From Macrostomum lignano (taxonomy: Eukaryota): 64,000 nucleotides of DNA. The translations under genes were made by a program, and so were the position numbers. Under the pieces are notes generated by a model that had not been told where the DNA came from, searched no databases, and saw only the letters and a list, made by a program, of their open reading frames with translations. Where the stretch lies: the NCBI GenBank assembly GCA_002269645.1, contig NIVC01000363.1, forward strand, positions 372,001-436,000, in the 5' to 3' direction. Below are positions 60,724-64,000 of this stretch, one piece after another; positions within the stretch are counted from its first letter, which is position 1, and each line of letters begins with the position of its first letter.

Positions 60724-61522
60724 GATAAAAGGTTGGTGGGCTACCCTCAAAGGGGCGCGGTACCCACCCGGCCGCTCCACCTGACCGGGCAGTAGGCCAA
60801 TAGCACCCTCAAGGCTGGCCCGACACCAGGAGGGGGACCGCTTGCGACCGGACTACTCCCCGGCCTTCCAGCCCATCGGCACGGTCAACACCTTAGGCAT
60901 TAGAGAGTACGTTGAGCAGTACCACGGCCTGCAGGTTGGCGAGCCAGACCCGCATACCCAAATTCGGCCGAAGCCACTGGATAGGGTCGCCAGCGCCGGA
61001 GCCCAGTCTGTCCAGCAGCCCTAGGGACTGCCTTGAACACACGCGGGGACGAGTACCCTGGGTCGACTTGCGAGACAGCGTGGGGGGGTCTGCGGCTGCC
61101 AGAGGCAAATAGAGGGTGCAGACCTCCCACCAGCCTTGACCTGCTGAAGATAGGGGCAGGCGTGAAGCATCGCAGACCTTAGCCCATGGGCCTAGTCTGT
61201 CTCATACTTCACTGGCATGCTGAATACGCCTTCGCGTGCAACCGACAGCTCAGCCGCAGCTATTCGTGCTGCGCATCTGAAGGCTGCGTACGGCTGTTCA
61301 GTCCAAGAACCAGGGGTCGCCACACACACCCTCAATTACCCCAGCTAATGCTGGCACCCATTTTACAGCTGGGCGAACTGAAGCAATGCAGAGTTAAGTG
61401 TCTTGCTCAAGGACACAAATTGTTCCAGTGGGTCGAGAATCGAACCCCTGACTTTTCAGTCGTGAGTCCGACGCTCTGACCACTGGGCTACAACACTCCA
61501 TTCGCTGATAAAATTGACTTTC

Positions 61523-61911
61523 ACCAAGGGGCGCCAGCACCAAGGGGCGCCAGCACCAAGGGGCGCCAGCACCAAGGGGCGCCAGCACCAAGGGGCGCCA
61601 GCACCAAGGGGCGCCAGCACCAAGGGGCGCCAGCACCAAGGGGCGCCAGCACCAAGAGGCGCCAGCACCAAGGGGCGCCAGCACCAAGGGGCGCCAGCAC
61701 CAAGGGGCGCCAGCACCAAAGGGGCGCCAGCACCAAGGGGCGCCAGCACCAAGGGGCGCCAGCACCAAGGGGCGCCAGCACCAAGGGGCGCCAGCACCAA
61801 AGGGGCGCCAGCACCAAGGGGCGCCAGCACCAAGGGGCGCCAGCACCAAAGGGGCGCCAGCACCAAGGGGCGCCAGCACCAAGGGGCGCCAGCACCAAGG
61901 GGCGCCAGCAT
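61523..61911. repeat. 16-nt array (CACCAAGGGGCGCCAG), ~24 copies, upstream of SINE copy 2
   Basis: Direct reading. Confidence 0.93.
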
Positions 61912-62050
61912 TAAATAAGGCTTTTCAGCTAAGAATAAGTAATTTATTTACTGTATTAAAACACATTTATATTGTTTTGTCTTATCCAAAAAATCGTGTT
62001 TTCGACACGGAGCCTGTTTATTTTCAGTCTGTATCTCAAAGCCAAGATGC

Positions 62051-62100
62051 GTCTTGCTCAAAGACACAAATAGTTTCAGTGGGATCGGAAACGAACCCCC
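62051..62100 (-). mobile_element. Degenerate fragment of the same SINE family
   Basis: GTCTTGCTCAAAGACACAAATAGTTTCAGTGGGATCGGAAACGAACCCC resembles 61402-61448. Confidence 0.55.
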
Positions 62101-63385
62101 CCCCCGACCTTCAAGTCTGGCGATCTAACTATAGGCTATAACCCCTTCAATCTAATATATAAAGAACAAAGGACTTACTGATTGAGCTAAAATTAATTCT
62201 TTGTAACGAAAACACTGGACAGTGCTTATTGCAATCGCTACTCAAAATATTTATTTAAAGCATACCGAATAAATTTGATTTGATCACATTTTATATGTAC
62301 AAGGAAATTAGGCATTAGGCATATGATATTGCAGCGTTTGGCTATACTAATACATATTGTACATTTAGTACATTAACACACACACACACACACACACACA
62401 CCGTATCTCTGCTTTGACTACCACAAGAAACGAGTGTTCATATAGAAAAAATGTCGATATTGAAATTTCGACTTAAAAACTCAAAGTATGCACGACCTAA
62501 TAGATAAACAAATAATATATCCTTAAAGGCAGTGATACAATCATAAAAATCAAAGGAAGAAGTGTACTTTTCCTCAATTTGGAATAAAAAAGTATAATTA
62601 AGGCTTGCCTTATACAGAATCTGCTGTCAGAATGAAAAGGCATTTCTTGGGTAACAAATAATAGTAGTCGGTAAAGTTTTCACGTGTGTCCCCGCAGAGA
62701 CCACAAATACTCTGTCTACTATACTTTTAGAACTACTTTCTAGAATTGCTCTCCATACTACTAATGCCCATCTATTCAGTAGCAACTAAAGAAATTAGGA
62801 ATAAGGAATGGATCTTAGCGAGAGAAAAAAGAACACGTGACCTTTTGGGTTGCATAGATGATAAATTTGGGAAAGCAGTCACGTGATGATATTTGTACGC
62901 GAGTTAAATGTACATTTGGGGAATAGCTTGGGAATATTTTCTACGCGCGCTCGTTTTTCAGCCACCATTCAACGTCAAGCTACGAACTAAGTAAGCACTG
63001 TACCAACTACGAGCGTATACATTAAGCGACACGCACACAATATAAGTTCTTCAGCTAAGCTTAAACCCTTGCGGGGCACTTATGTGGAAGAGCAATAAAC
63101 TAAAATTGTTGGCTGGATAGACTAGACGCGCAGCTATCAAAGACTGTACGACTGATAATGTACATTGCTGCTTCAGGATGGGGTAATAAAAAGGGGGTGG
63201 GTTGGGAGTTTTCACTGATAGGCCAGATAAGCTAGGAATTGTCGGGAAGGAAAGTCAATTATACTACTTAACTGAAAGTAGCTTAATAGCGTATGGCCTG
63301 TGTTACAAATATCTTGCTCTTAATAAATTTTGTGGTCTGAACCGGGTACTAAAAAAAGTTCAGGTCAAGGGTCATTTCTTTGCGG

Positions 63386-63928
63386 TCACATGACGCTGCA
63401 GACTTGAGATGCCTTATCTCTGGCGTCCAATCCAGACAGGTCCAGCTGAGTAGCTCGTCGACGAGTACCTTCGACGTAGATGTCATGTCGAAATCGACCG
63501 TGAGCCAGTGGTATACTGCGGGGTCAAGGCATTGTGAGCCAGATGATGTTGTGTAATCTAGAGAGTACGAATGTATTGTCATTAGATGAAGCTGAGATTC
63601 TGGAGTGAGTTAGTTAGAATGTTGAAGCCCAAAACTTAGGGAATCTGGAATGATGATACTGCAATGATGAAGCTGAGATGATCTGAATATATTTAATTGA
63701 AATGATGAAGCTACAGATACTAGATATATTCGGTTGGAAGGATGGGTCTAGTGATTCTGAACTGAGAGCCATTTTGAGTAAGTTCTTCAACCTGTCAACC
63801 CCCGGCCTGATGGTGGCATTGATGACCGCATATACGGGTCGATGGTCTGAGCAGCGCAACTCTCGGATGCTGTTGTAGGCGGTCACCGTTGCGGTCCCGG
63901 GTCGTCTGCAGCGATAGAGAACTCGGTC
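63386..63928 (-). CDS. INPP5E: Inositol polyphosphate 5-phosphatase E-like, last two exons (5' part beyond the right edge)
   Basis: Exon 63928-63792 (DRVLYRCRRPG...SDHRPVYAVINATIRPGVD) joins in phase 2 to exon 63515-63386 (SIPLAHGRFRHDIYVEGTRRR...SQVCSVM*). 5-phosphatase DR(V/I)LY and SDHRPV motifs, INPP5E-type IPLA-G tail and terminal CaaX (CSVM). Confidence 0.88.
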
Positions 63929-64000
63929 CTGCAGGGCCAGAAATATCCAGAGAAATTTTTCTCATATATATACTTCATTGAATAATTGGTTTACCATCGT

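Larger units (their letters stand above)
55344..61235 (-). mobile_element. Full-length (5,892 bp) non-LTR retrotransposon, LOA/R1-like (APE-RT-RNase H)
   Basis: Perfect 16-bp TSD GTGCAACCGACAGCTC (55328-55343, 61236-61251); 3' tail TAAGTCAAGTAAGTCAA; two-ORF layout. The clade call rests on domain order and RNase H presence, not on a phylogeny. Confidence 0.9.
55286..61500 (-). mobile_element. SINE copy 2, split by the LINE insertion (3' part ~55286-55343, 5' part 61236-61500)
   Basis: Reverse complement of 61236-61500 matches SINE copy 1, with A box TAGCCCAGTGG; the remaining 3' end (CACATCTGGCCATTAGGACAGGTGTAATAAATT) lies left of the LINE. Confidence 0.88.

Noticed and set aside
63349-63582. 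ORF MTIHSYSLDY... as the terminal INPP5E exon
   Set aside because: Wrong frame; the phase-2 splice to 63515 gives the INPP5E-like tail ending in CSVM

Overview
Eukaryotic (metazoan) genomic DNA with GT-AG introns; no CRISPR, rRNA or genuine tRNA genes. The Q/A/G-rich proteins and 15-33 nt minisatellites in most introns suggest a free-living flatworm such as Macrostomum (inference only). I assembled six host genes by hand from splice sites and reading phase: (1) GLI/Ci zinc-finger factor (minus, runs off the left edge); (2) TAF6/TAF6L-like histone-fold protein (minus); (3) an atypical peroxiredoxin whose Prx1-type domain runs into a ~345-aa Gln/Gly-rich, coiled-coil tail (plus); (4) neverland/daf-36 Rieske cholesterol 7-desaturase (minus, 5 exons); (5) a divergent intronless alpha-tubulin nested on the same strand in neverland intron 2; (6) the last two exons of INPP5E (minus, CaaX CSVM). 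Mobile DNA includes a full-length 5.9-kb APE-RT-RNase H LINE (LOA/R1-like) with a 16-bp TSD, inserted into a tRNA-derived CORE-like SINE; a second intact SINE copy in inverted orientation; and hAT-type MITEs. About 30 tandem arrays cover roughly 24 kb (hand estimate), and most long ORFs in the supplied track are translations of these arrays. Best leads: the peroxiredoxin chimera, the nested tubulin, a possible 24-nt-repeat protein gene, arrays amplified from a splice donor and from a stop codon, and the SINE/LINE composite.
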